Shown piece by piece: positions 1-12,674 of a stretch of 64,000 nt of DNA. The stretch spans positions 79,546,001 through 79,610,000 of the forward strand of contig NC_043001.1 of assembly GCF_006345805.1 (NCBI RefSeq), written 5' to 3'. The notes under the pieces are model-generated. The model had not been told where the DNA came from. It saw only the letters and a program-made list of their open reading frames with translations, and searched no databases. Each line of letters starts with the position of its first letter. The stretch's first letter is position 1. The DNA is from Octopus sinensis (Eukaryota). A program made the position numbers and the translations under genes.

Positions 1-48
1 CAAGTGCGCAGGCTCTTCAAGCAAGTTAACACTCTCGACCAACATACC

Positions 49-136
49 CACACACACACACGCACACACTCTCACATATACACACACACGCAGGCACACA
101 TACACACGTATGCACGGACAGACATACACATACAGG

Positions 137-168
<32 letters not shown>
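49..168. repeat. Imperfect (CA)n microsatellite
   Basis: Direct: runs of CA with CG/TA interruptions; one of dozens of such tracts in the window. Confidence 0.95.
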
Positions 169-340
169 TGGCTGTGAATGTGTGATAAGGTGTATTCTTC
201 AGAACAACTTGGTTCCGATTTGACTCCTACTGTGTGACACCTTAGGAGAGTCTCTTCTACAGCCCCTGGATATCGAAACCTGAGAGCGTGAATTTCGTTT
301 TATTAAGTTTGTTTTTAGCTAATTTGTCGAGTCATGCAGA

Positions 341-565
341 CTCATAGGGGCCGGGTTGCCAGTTTCCATGGCGTGTAAATTCCCCGCCTAAACTGAGCGT
401 GACGCCGGTCCGTCAGAAGATTACTCATTTTTGCCAGCTGACTGAAATGGAGCAACGTGAAATGATGTATTTTGCTCAAGGAAACAACACGACGCTCGTT
501 CCAGGAATAGAAATCACAATCTTATGATCATGTGTCCAACACACTTACCACTAAGCCACGTGGCT
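341..565 (-). mobile_element. tRNA-derived SINE, family D
   Basis: Reverse complement gives a tRNA-like head (tggcttagtggtaag), the central ccttgagcaaaatacatcatttcacgttgctcc block, and a tail shared with the copies at 40930 and 49761. Confidence 0.8.
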
Positions 566-649
566 ATATTTCTGAATGGAATTCCGTCGTATGCCCATAT
601 GGATGGACAGATATATGTGTGCGTGTGTGTAGAAAATGCCATACGGCAG

Positions 650-1190
650 GCTATAAAAATACACATACAACTTAGGATAACACAAAGAAGAGGAAAGCAA
701 GAAGAAGTCATACAATTCATAGTGACATACAACCAATGTCACCAGAATGTCTTCAACATCGCTAAAGCAGACCTAACAATCATTGCTCAGAATGATGAAT
801 TAAAAGATATAATCACGGATCGGGCAATGGTTCTTAGTAAACTTGAAAAAAAAAATTATTATTAATAAAAGGCAAAGTTTCACCTTAGCAAAAAAGACCG
901 ATCACTCACTGTATCTAAATGCAATGATATCCGCTGTGGCACATGCCAATTCATACATACTGGCCAATATATGAACACAAAACCCAGAAAAATATTCACA
1001 AACGCGCAAATATGAACTGCAAAAGCAGAAATTCAATTTACTGCATCAAATACCCGAATAGTGAAGAACTATATGTGGGTCAGACGGGAAATGCACTTTC
1101 AGAACGTTCACGTGTGTACAGACAGCGAATTAGAGACGTCAGATACCTTTGAGTAACCATCTAGCAACATGTGGTCGGAAAATGTTCCCA
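650..1190 (+). mobile_element. Penelope-like retroelement relic (RT thumb end, Cys linker, GIY-YIG endonuclease), frameshifted
   Basis: Translations VIQFIVTYNQ, CNDIRCGTC (920-946), NMNCKSRNSIYCIKY and LYVGQTGNALSERSRVYRQRIRD (ORF 943-1152) match the PLE linker/GIY-YIG pattern. Confidence 0.85.
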
Positions 1191-2729
1191 CAGGCACACA
1201 CACACATACATGCGTGCATACACACACACACCCACAACCATATATATATGTATATATATTTAACTTTTCCTAGAACTTCTTATATTCCTTCTTGACCTTT
1301 AAGGGAAAAAATGCTTCTAGTGATGAACGCACCCCATCCATTTTCATTATTTTCCCATCCTATAAGAGGTCACCATCCTTGAACTCATGTCTCATGCCAG
1401 TAGCTATACGCTGGGAAAAAACTAATTAATTAAATAAATGGTAAAAGACATTCCAAACTGAAAAGAAATCCCTCCCCATCCCTCTCTCTACATATCTATC
1501 TGTCTGTCTATTTGTCTTTCCAGCTATCTATCTATCTATCTATCTCCATTGTCCATTGTCCTGGTATCTCACCTCCAAAATCATAAAAAGCAAAAACAAT
1601 GTTCTCTTCTAACCAACACAAAAAAATCACCTCATTTGTGTCAATGAACAAACTGTTTGCCCCTTCACAATTTTATTTGACAAATTCGAAAACGAACGAA
1701 AGCACTAATAATAATGACTAAATAAAAAAAGTTCTTTTTCCGAAATTCTGGCGACCACTTTTCTCAATATTCAATATCTGTACACCACTTCTAACACTCT
1801 ACATACATAAACACACACGCACACACACACTCACACACAGACACACGCACACACACACACACGCACACACACACACATACATGAAATACACTTTAATTAA
1901 AATTAAATATCTATAATTTCTGAACTATCTATCTATCTGTCTATCTATCTATCTTATAGTAATAAATGCCTAAACGAATTTTTGGGTGTCAGTGTTTCAC
2001 ACTTTGATCCCCTCTCTCAGTATTCAATGATACTTCTACTATTACTCCTGCTGGGGTGAGAGTATTAGTAGGCATAGAGACGGTGAGGGCGGTGGTAGAT
2101 TGATTGTTGTGATGGTAAGGGGGTGATAGTCATTTATGAGCTGTATTTATATAGAGACGGAGGTGACGGTGTTGATTAAGTGGTGGTCGTCGTCGTAGCC
2201 GAGGTGATCAGGGATGACGGTGATAGTAAGTGATGTGAAAGTCAGTGGTAATGGTGGTGGAGAAGAAGGCGGTGAAGTGAAAGGTATTGATGGTGGTGGC
2301 GTCAGAAGTCTGAATGGTGCATGTATGGCAGTTGTGGTGATGATGGCGGTGGTACTGGTGATCGTAATGTTTGAAAATAATCAACAGAAAAAGAGAGAGA
2401 GAGAAACAAAAATAGGTTACACAAAAAAAAATTGTACTGACCTGCGAATGAGAAGAGAAAAAATATTGTTTATTATGCAGCTTTGTAATAAGTTAACAAA
2501 TTATATCATTGTTTTGATGAAAATTGTTTCTTGCTTGAAAAATATTGGTCAAATTTGATAAAATTTGATATGTACTCAATGCATGAAATGTCATTGTTGG
2601 GCCCAAAGGTCAATGAAAGCCCTCCACAGGAGCTAACTTAAAAGCCGCTGTATCTGGTGGCTTTTAAGCTAGAATATGTCTATATCTATCTGTCTATCTA
2701 TCCATCTACCTATCGGTATATATATATTC

Positions 2730-2761
<32 letters not shown>

Positions 2762-2765
<4 letters not shown>

Positions 2766-2887
2766 GAAATAAGAAAATGGAGAAATATACTTTAATCAAT
2801 AATCAACTACCAGATAATACTCAATCACATACTTTATTAACCCTGATTATTGATTAAGGTGTATTTCTCCATTTTCTTATTTTGTAT
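2762..2887. repeat. MITE-like inverted repeat (~44 bp arms, 38 bp spacer) abutting (TA)n
   Basis: atacgaaataagaaaatggagaaatatactttaatcaataatca (2762-2805) vs reverse complement of 2844-2887, atacaaaaataagaaaatggagaaatacaccttaatcaataatca. Confidence 0.85.
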
Positions 2888-3056
2888 TATTAATTTGTGG
2901 TAAAACATTTTACCTTCGCCCATAAATACAATAAATGAATTAATTGCATCGCAATTCTTAACATTTATGTATTAACTTTGTTGGGTGCTTTACTGGCAGT
3001 ATATTGGATATATGTTATCCCATGGTGGGGGCACTCACAGCTCCTATTTCAATTTG

Positions 3057-3125
<69 letters not shown>

Positions 3126-3977
3126 TGTGTGAGTGTGTGTCTGTGTCTGTGTATGCATGTGTGTGCGTGTTTTTGTCTTTGTGTCCGTTCCCCATCACCG
3201 CTTCACACCGGTGTTGTTGTGTTCACGTCTCGGTAACCTAGCAGTTCATCAAATGAAACTGATGGATTAAGTCCTGGTGTCCATTTGTCCGACTAAAACC
3301 CTTGAAACGGAACTCCAGCTAAGCCGCAGTCTTACGACTGAAACAAATACAAGGTAAAATATAAAAGGCAGCGGTGAAGTCATCATTCGAACCAGGATTT
3401 TTCCTTCGTTTCCCGCCACACCTCCGTATACCACACATTCCTGTATTATCTTCAATAGAACTGCAGACGATTGCTAATGAATCTAACGGAATGAGTTACT
3501 TCTAACACATGCCTAAAACACTAACTGATTATTATATGTCTGTAGATTCTCTATAAAACTTTTTATATTATCTACTGTACTATATAATCTTCTCAAATGG
3601 CTCACGGCTTTGTACGTCATTTTAAAGAACTTTTGTTGTAAGACCGCGATACACAAAAGTTCTTAACTTAAACCGCCGCCTCTATAACTGACGACATCAA
3701 CAATAGCACCAATACTAACACCGCATCATTCCGCTCCACATACCACTCAGCACTCACTACGCCATACCAATACCAATATGAATGTGTGCAAGAACATGGT
3801 GGGCGCCTGGGTGTTTCTTTTTCTTCTTCTTCTTCTTCTAGTGATGGAAAGCCTCGTTTCTTGACTAACAATTGCATCCAATTACGGTGCAGCGAAATTT
3901 CGCGTGCATTTACCATTCTCGTTTATCGTTTGTTGTTTCTGCCGTAGTCTATTGTTTCATCGTTGTCGCCGTCGTTG

Positions 3978-4354
3978 TCATCATCATCATCAACATCATC
4001 ATCATCATCATCATCATCATAATCATCATCATCATCATCATCATCATCATATCATCATCATCATCATCATCACCATCATCAACAACATCATCATCATCAT
4101 CATCATCATAATCATCATCATCATCATCATCAACATTATCAGTATCATCATCACCATCATCATCATCGCTGTCGTCATCATCATCATTTTTGTTGTTGAT
4201 ATTGCAGTTGATGATGATGATATGGTGATAATGATGATATTATTGGTGGTGTGATTCTTCTTCTTCTTCTTTTCTTCTTTTTCTTCTTCTTCTTCTTCTT
4301 CTTCTTCTTCTTCTTCCTCTTCTCTTCTCTTCTTCTTCTCTTCTTCTTCTTCTT

Positions 4355-4428
<74 letters not shown>

Positions 4429-4450
4429 CATCATCATCATCATCATCATC
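3978..4450. repeat. Compound trinucleotide microsatellite (CAT)n-(GAT)n-(TTC)n-(ATT)n-(CAT)n
   Basis: Direct reading; explains the poly-I/H/K/F/L ORFs between 3872 and 4573. Confidence 0.97.
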
Positions 4451-5136
4451 AGTCGTAGTATTAGTAGGAAGTGCAGGAGAAGGTGGTAGTTGCGGAGAAG
4501 GAGAAGGTGGAAGAAATGCAGTAGCATCATTATAATGATTGCCACCTATTTTCGTCCATGCGGTGTAATTCAATATAACAGACTTAATAATCTTAATACC
4601 CGTTCATTCCACATTCCAAACCCATGCCCCGCTAACGTCCAACCCCCACTCCAAAACGCTCCATATCAAACACACACTCACATACATACATACATACATA
4701 CACACATGCACACATACACACATTCAGACATCACCCAACACACCACAGCCGCCACCGCCACTCATACCTAACACTTTACTCTCAACATTTGCGTATTATC
4801 AAATTGATGAGATTCAACGACAATTGACCGATGTCTATCAATTTCAATAAAACGACGCTGAGATGTTATTTCCTTGTTCTTCTTTTCTCTTATCTTTATT
4901 TCTAGTTATCTCCCCGCTGAAAATTATCATTATTGAACAAACCAAGCAGACATTTATCTAACATGTATAAAAGAATATTCTCACTTTTCAATTACTGTTA
5001 TTAATTTGCTCCTGGGGAAAGAGAGAAGAAAATATCCTGAGACGATGAACGTTTAGTAACGTAGATGGGCAGTGTTGGTTGATGTCGTCGTCGTTGTTAT
5101 AGTTGTGTTTTTTTACCCCACTAAGCATTGACCGGT

Positions 5137-5430
5137 GGGGGCACATGGCCTAGTGGATAGAGCATCGCGGGTTCGAATCTCAGACCGAGCTACGTGTGTG
5201 TTTATGAGCGAAACACCTAAGCTCCACGCGGCTCCGGCAGAAGGGAATGGCGAACCCCTGCTCACTCTTTCGCCACAACGTTCTCTCATTCTTTCCTCCT
5301 GCATCTTGCAGCTCACCTGCGACGAACCGGCGTCCTGTCCAGGTGAGGAACCTATACGCCAAGAAAACCGGGAAAACGGTCCTTATGAGCCAGGCGTGTC
5401 TCGAGAAGGAACAAACAAAACAAACAAACC
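5137..5430 (+). mobile_element. tRNA-derived SINE: family C head/core with family D tail
   Basis: A box tggcctagtgg, B box ggttcgaatc, core tttatgagcgaaacacctaagctccacgcggctccggcag, then tail ctgcgacgaaccggcgtcctgtccagg...accgggaaaacgg; ends in (CAAA)n. Confidence 0.8.
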
Positions 5431-5559
5431 TTGATCGAGAGGACATATAAACAAAATCTTTCAAGCCATGACCATCCCGCCTTTTACCCATGTTTTGTGC
5501 AGCAACCCCATACCACAATTAAATAACGCTTTCTTCTATAAAGCACTGACCCTGATATT

Positions 5560-5745
5560 GTTGAAGGGCTATCAGTTACATCGAACCTCACTACCTAACT
5601 GTTAGTTATTTCATCGATTCCAAAAGACTGAAAGACAAAAAAAAAAAAAGGAATCTCACCGGTTTTTGAACTCAAAACAAAATGCTGAGAGGAATACCGC
5701 TAAGTATTTGACCGTCATGGTAACGATTCTGACAGCTAGGTACCT
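5560..5745 (-). mobile_element. SINE family B, degenerate
   Basis: Reverse complement resembles the family B head ctggcagaatcgtt...cttagcggtatt...ttgagttcaaa. Confidence 0.6.
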
Positions 5746-6770
5746 CGTGAATTCCATGAAATAACATGTTCGTTTCTGTGACAGTAGATGTAATGTACTA
5801 TTACAAGCAAATAGCTCGATCACATAGTGTTCTCATTGGCTCATAGCTATGTTTAGTAGTAGGCAACGTGTTTTCCTTATGCTATGTGAAAGGAAACTCA
5901 AAACACGATAATGCAAAGTGCTGTCTATAAGTTGCTATTACTAAAAGATCATTCAACCACGTAGTGGTTTCCTCACTGGCACGTAGTTTTACGTTTTCGT
6001 TCTCGTTGAGTTCTGCGTCTATTTGTGGTGTCCTGTACTCACGTATATATATTTATATATGCATGTATATATACATGTAGATGTAGGTACGTACATATAT
6101 GTATGTATGTATGTATGCATTTTATTTATTACACTATTGTATGACTGACCGCCTTCGCGTCGATTCGATTCGATTCGTTCCGTTTCGTTTCGTTTCTTCT
6201 TCTCCCAGTACAGTTTATATATATATATACATATATATACACATAGATAGATACATAGATAGATAGACGACGAGCTTTCATGTAGTTTCTTAGTACAAAA
6301 TTCAATCACATAGAAGGCCTGGGTCTATAGTAGAGAACATTTGTTCAAATGGTGCTGCGCAGTGGGACTGAACTCGAAACTGTGTGGTTGCAAAACCATG
6401 ACCATGACCATTTATATGATAAACATCATTTGATATGATAAATATCACTTTATGATTTTCAATCAGTGGTAGATGAAATATCTACCAATCAAATAAACGG
6501 GTCGATATAATTGACTGTTCCCCACCAAACACCAAAACTCGTGACCAAAAACCCGTATCATCATCATTGTTCTTGTTATGGTGGAGGGGCTGGTAGTGGT
6601 GATGTTGGCTTTGGTGGTTTTTTGTTGCCGTCATTGCATTTTTTTAAACTTTTAGGGAAAGAATATATTTTCGTTCTTGAAGACTATTTCTTTACTCTTA
6701 TTTCAGTGCGATACAAAGGCGTCTTGTAGAGGCACTGCATGTAACATAACGGCCGTATTCGTATATACAT

Positions 6771-6861
<91 letters not shown>

Positions 6862-7825
6862 ATATGTTGTGTACGTGTGTATTTGTTTGTGTCTTTGTAT
6901 GTGTTGGTAGGTGCATGTAAATCTATGTATATGTGTGTGTATGTGTCTACGTATATGTGTTATGTTCAAATGTTGGGTGTGATTGGCGGTGCAAACTCTT
7001 CTAGAATGGTGGGTAGTTGTAGCGTTTAAAACTCCAAACGGTCTAATCAATGGTAGTGGGGCCAAAATTGTGGCATTATATTAGATGTATAGGGTGGGAG
7101 AAAGAAATGAGAAAACCAGGCAAATACCGTAAGAGAAAGAAAGAACGAAATAAATAAATGAATAAAGAAAGAAAGAAAGAAAGAAAGAAAGAATTCCAAA
7201 GATAAAATTAGTGAAAGTGTGACGGTTGAGAATTTACGAGGGGAATTTACGGCAGAAATGTTAAGAATGAGTGATTGTGTGTTTGTATGTTTGTATACGT
7301 GTGTATGCTTGTATGTATCTCTGCATGTGTTTGTGCATTTACACATATGTGTGTTTGTGTGTAAAGGGTCAGTTCTTTGATGGTCGATTGATTCTCTTCA
7401 TTGGTCAATTATATGCTGCTTGGTTTTAAAGATTGCCAATTTAACAAAACATAATTTAGGGTCAGAACTGTTTCTCATAAACCAATAGGATGAACTTGAA
7501 CAGTCTAATCGAACACAAGCTCCTCAGAAAGCCGATAACTAGGTGTCAATAATTGTGTGCTAAACCCAGCTTTGATTGCTTCTTGTATTGTAAGACTAAC
7601 AAGAGATTTATCATGCATGCATGCACCAAAACATACCCACGTACACGTACACATACACTCACATATATGTGTGACATACAATCATATATGAATGGATATA
7701 ATATTTACATACACAAAACAGATTTATTAGAACATTCTCTTTACTCTTCAAGTAGTTGTTACAAATATTATTAGGGTTAAACCAGTTATTCGTGACAAGA
7801 TATACAATAGTAATAATAATAATAA

Positions 7826-7872
<47 letters not shown>

Positions 7873-7907
7873 TAATAATAATAATATCATCATCATTATT
7901 TCGTGGT

Positions 7908-8290
7908 ATGCGCAGGCGTGTTTCTCTGGTAAGAAGCTTGCTTCCCAACCACATGGTACCGGATTCAACTTGGTAGGTGTCTTCTACTATAGCCTCCGGC
8001 CGACCAAAGGCTTCTGAGTGGCTTTCGTAAACGGAAACGAAAAGAAGCCCGTTGTATGTATATGTATATATTTATGTGTATTTCTCTCTGTGTTGTTCCA
8101 CCCACCTTCGCCTGACAACCTATGTAGGTGCATTTACGTCTCCCGTAACTTAACAATGGAATAAGTACTAGGCTTTAAAAAAAATGTCCTGTGGTCGATT
8201 TTTTCGACTTGAATTGTTTTAACCCTTCAAGGCAGTGCTCCAGCAAGGCCGCAATCAAATGACTGGAACAAGTAAAAGAATTTAAGAATA
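7908..8290 (+). mobile_element. SINE family A, near full length
   Basis: Shares gtcttctactatagcc...ggaaac.gaaagaagcccg...tttacgtc.ccgtaactta...ggtgctccagca.ggccgca.tcaaatgactg.aacaagtaaaaga with the copy at 52138-52518. Confidence 0.85.
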
Positions 8291-8305
8291 AAAGAACATA
8301 ATAAA

Positions 8306-11115
8306 AGCGGGCAAGTGGCAGAATTGTTTGCACACTAGGAAAAGTGCATAGAAGCATTTCGTTTAATTTCGTGTTCTGAGCTCAAATTCCGCCGAACTCG
8401 GCTTTGTCTTTCATCACTTCGGGTTCGATAAAACAAGTACTAGTTAAGCACTCGGGTCAATATATATTTCTTTATTGCCCACAAGGGGCTAAACATAGAG
8501 AGGACAAACAAAGGGATTAAGTCGATTACATCGACCCCAGTGCGAGACTGGTACTTTTATTTATCGACCCCGAAAGGATGAGAGGAAAAGTCGACCTCGG
8601 TGGAATTTGAACTCAGAACTTAACGACAGACGAAATACCGCGAAGCATTCCGCTCGGGGCGCTAACTTGTCTGCCAGCTTGCCGCCTTATACACTCGGGT
8701 AAATATCGACAACTAGCACCCTCTTCCAAAATTGCTGGCCTTACGCCAAAATATGAAACCGTAGCTACCACAGCGGGAAAAAATCTTAGCATCATTTCTC
8801 CAGGATTTACGATCAGAGTTCCGTTGAGGTCTACTTTGAATTCATGCTTTCGGAGTTCGCAAAATGCCTACCAGTTGAGCACTGAGGTCGAAATAATCGA
8901 CTAGCTCTTTCCTCCAAAAGTTCTAGCCCTTGTGCTTATAGTAGTAAAGAATAATATTTTATTATTATCATCATCGCATCATGAAGCTGGTCAGGTGGCA
9001 GAATCATAACTGCATCCGAAAAAATGTTTAGTAGCATTTCTTCACTCTCTCTAGATTCAGAATGAATACGTCGCCTAGGTCAACTTTCCAGTTCGTCTCA
9101 AAATCTCAGTTCGATAAAATAATCAATCAGTGAAATACCGAATTCCATATAATCGACTTGATCTATTCTTGAAACTTGCTGGCTTTCAGCCAATGTTGGT
9201 TTCAAATTTTGATATGAGACCAGCAATTTCGGGGGAATGGGGATAGTCGATTATATCGATCCAGTATTCACCTGGTACTTATTTTATTGAGCCCGCGCGG
9301 ATGAAAGGCAAAGCTGACCTCCGCAGAATTTGAACTCAGAACGTGTAGACGGATGAAATGCCGCAAGTATTTATGCGTCGTGTTAACGATTTTGCAACCC
9401 CCATCACGTTAGAATTCAGCAAATATAAGAAAGAATTATTATTAAAATTATTATTATCCTTATTAATGCGGCTAGATGGCAAAATCGTTATGATGCCGGG
9501 CAAAACGCTTAGCGGCATTTCGTCTGAGGTCAACATTGCCTTTCATCCTTTCGGGGTCGATTAAATAAGTACCAGTTCCGGACTGGGGTCGATATAATCG
9601 ACTTAATCCGTTTGTCTGTTCTTATTTGTCCCCTCTGCGTGTAGCCACTTCTGGGCAGTAAAGAAATAGGTATTTTGTCCGTCTTCGCGTTCTGAGTTGA
9701 AATTCTGCCGAGGTTGACTTGGCCCTTCATCCTATCGAGATCAATAAAGTAAGTATCATTAAAGCACTGGGGTCCATATAATCGACGAGTCCCCCCGCCC
9801 AATTTCTGGCTTTGTGCCTTTAATAGAAAGAATTATTATCATTCTTATAAAGGTGGTGAGATAACTGGCAGAATCGTTGGTTCGCCGGGCAATATGCTTA
9901 ACAATATTTCGTCCGTCTTTACGTTCTAAGTTCACATTTCGCCAGGGTCGACTTTGCATTTCGGGGTCGATTAATTAAGTACAAAGTGTTCCACTGGGGG
10001 CCAATGTAATCGACTATCCCGCTCCCCTAAAATTTCAGACCTTATGCCTATAGTAGAAAGGGCTATTATCATTATTATTGTTCAATTTTACATGTTCGGT
10101 TGTTTGAGGGTTCATTCTGTTAACTCCAGTGTAAAAATGTATCGTCTTTCGACATTTAAAAATTTTTCCTTGTTTTCTGAAATAGCCATTTGCATTATTT
10201 AGTTGAGTTACAAGATGGCCGCTTCAAATGTTGTATAACAAGATGTTCACGACAATGCGAAGAAGAGTAACTTCTACAACTTAAAAGTGTCTGAAATTAT
10301 TTTCGGTTGAAAAAGTACATTTTGAAAATTAGCAGATAACGATAGAATCAAAGAAAAGGAGCGTAAAACTTAATATCTTAAATACACTAATATTGAGGAA
10401 GACAAAAAGACAAGACCACATGATACCTACTTAGAAAAAGATTCTGGCACTAAGAATGGAAGTTTTGCCTCATCTTCCTTGTTGTCTTACCCTTGCTTCA
10501 TCAGACTCATCTTTTCAGATCACTGCAAATATGATTTCTTAGGAAAACAAGGCGGCGAGCTGGCAGAAACATTAGCACGCCAGTCGAAATGCTTAGCAGC
10601 ATTTCGTTTGTCTTGACGTTCTGAATTCAAATTCCGCCGAGGTTGACTTTGGCTTTTATTCTTTCGGGGTTGATAACTTAAGTACCAGTTGCGTACTGGT
10701 TTCGATCCAATCGTCTGCTCCGCTCCCTTAAAATTTCGGGCCTTGTGCCTAGTGTAAAAAAAACTTATTTATTAGGAAGACAAGTCATTAATTGTGAAGC
10801 AGTAAAAACTTATCTTGAGAGTTTATTTGCTTGGAAACCTGAAAAATTTTACACCCCAGAGTTCAACAATTTGTCAAATAGATCAACTTCTGTTATCAAA
10901 AATCCAAATTTTGATACAACGCCAGCAGTTTCGGGGCGGAGGTGAAGTCGATTACATTGACCCAAGTGTTCAATTTGTAATTATTTTATCGTAACCTAAA
11001 TGGTTGAACGCAAAGTCGAACCCGGCGTAAAATTGAAATCAGGACGTAAAGACGGACGCAATACCGCTAATCATTTTGAACGGCATGTTAACCATTCTGC
11101 GAGCTCGCTGCCCTA
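8306..11115. mobile_element. Cluster of about 10 SINE family B copies in mixed orientation
   Basis: Approximate copies: 8306-8460(+), 8466-8688(-), 8770-8950(+), 8984-9190(+), 9200-9405(-), 9466-9672(+), 9672-9830(+), 9850-10060(+), 10549-10760(+), 10895-11115(-). All show variants of ggcgagctggcagaatcgttagc...gttctgagttcaaattccgccgaggtcgactttgcctttcatcctttcggggtcgat. Confidence 0.9.
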
Positions 11116-11229
11116 AAAATGAAAGTAAATATTATTTTGATACATAAATCAATTAAAATCAACGAAGCATTTGTTTCTCTCCTATCTTGAAATGTTAAAG
11201 GACTTCTCTTCCCATCCTAATATAAACGA

Positions 11230-11450
11230 TATGAGCAAGCATTAGATTCCTTACATAGAGGAATATATAAAAACGAAATACATAAATGCATTAAAACATC
11301 AGAAATTTCATTAAATACAATCGCTACAAGCCTGATATAAATGGCTAAGACCAAAGAGAACCTACTCTTTCAGAGGGGCGCTTCAAAGGAAGCCACCATA
11401 TTAAACGCATTGTATAACATCGGACTATAAAGGAAACAATAAAATATACA
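11230..11450 (+). mobile_element. Short degenerate PLE fragment (same lineage as the 21.2 kb relic)
   Basis: Frameshifted peptides RGIYKNEIHKCIKTSE, NALYNIG and KETIKYT resemble the post-RT segment seen at 21540-21720. Confidence 0.4.
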
Positions 11451-11813
11451 AGATCTGTTTTAAATTCAGTGTAAATCTTTAATGATTTTGCTGTTTTAAT
11501 TGCAATGACGGATATTCGTTTCATAATTAGAAACCGCTTCCTTTCAAGAACATAATCAAAGAATTACAAAAGAAAGTCACGCCAGACGCGCTCTTGCAAA
11601 AATACATATACACACATTCACGCGCAGACATGTAGACAAATACATACACACACATACACACATACACACTCACACACACACGCACATATGCATACATATA
11701 TACATGCGTACACATACATATATACACATATGAAGATATTTGCTCACATACATAAACATAAGTATACACACGTATATAACTACATGCATAAACAAATAGA
11801 AACACTTACGTAC

Positions 11814-11847
<34 letters not shown>

Positions 11848-11993
11848 ATATGTCTATATGTGTGTATATATATATATATATTTATATGTGCATATATATA
11901 TGTATATATATATATGCAGATATATGCATATAGAAACACATGCAGGATCGCATACATACACACACAAACATTCGTACATACCTACACACCTAC

Positions 11994-12048
<55 letters not shown>

Positions 12049-12625
12049 CATATACATACATATACATATATGTAGGAGCTGAAACTAGAGAGAGAAATAA
12101 TATATATATACGTATGTATAAGCGCGCACTGTACTAGAGATACACTGTCCACAGGACAATAAATTAACGTTAAACATAAAACAATAAATTCGTCAACGAT
12201 GAACTAATGAGGAATCTACAGGTGGATACAAGACACTGACTGGAGCGTTGGTTTTATAGCAGCAATTATTAAATCACTTTGTTGTATAACTGTCTGCAAT
12301 CGTGAGAAGATTCACTTTACGCAGCTGTACAACTAATTAGAAACTTAGAATTACAAGCCATTAGAGAGACTGCAAAAATATGCGACACATTTAAAGAATG
12401 TGTACAATGTTATGTATACATACTCGGTACAACACATACAAACGTACGTACGTCTACATGAGCGTAAGTTCAAATACACTCAGTAACATGGAGGTATATG
12501 TATATATATTTGTAGTCATGACTATGTACAAATGCCCATGACTACTTAGGTGGTGACTAAATGCCAACTTAAATTGTGTGTATCTGGATAAACAAGAAGT
12601 AGTTACAATACAAGTGCAAATAACT

Positions 12626-12674
<49 letters not shown>

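Noticed and set aside
2040-2390. G-rich ORF 2214-2558 with a hydrophobic stretch
   Set aside because: Degenerate (GGT/GAT)n low-complexity DNA.
2599-2612. GGGCCCAAAGGTCA, nuclear-receptor DR1/HNF4-like site
   Set aside because: Imperfect 14-mer, expected by chance in 64 kb.
3625-3664. 12 bp inverted repeat (aagaacttttgt/acaaaagttctt)
   Set aside because: Short and AT-rich; no supporting context.
4184-4573. Poly-D/N/K/R and poly-F/L ORFs
   Set aside because: Products of the compound trinucleotide array.
10211-10222. CAAGATGGCCGC, a YY1-like/initiator-type motif with ATG
   Set aside because: A single short motif; the ORF stops after 7 codons and there is no other promoter evidence.
10745-10945. 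66 aa ORF
   Set aside because: Spans the ends of two SINE B copies; a chance frame.
11527-12137. Numerous ORFs rich in YI/HT/CV/MYVC (also at 23-24, 26-29, 39-40, 46-47, 53-54 and 56-57 kb)
   Set aside because: Translations of (TA)n, (CA)n and (TATG)n microsatellites, which lack stop codons; not genes.
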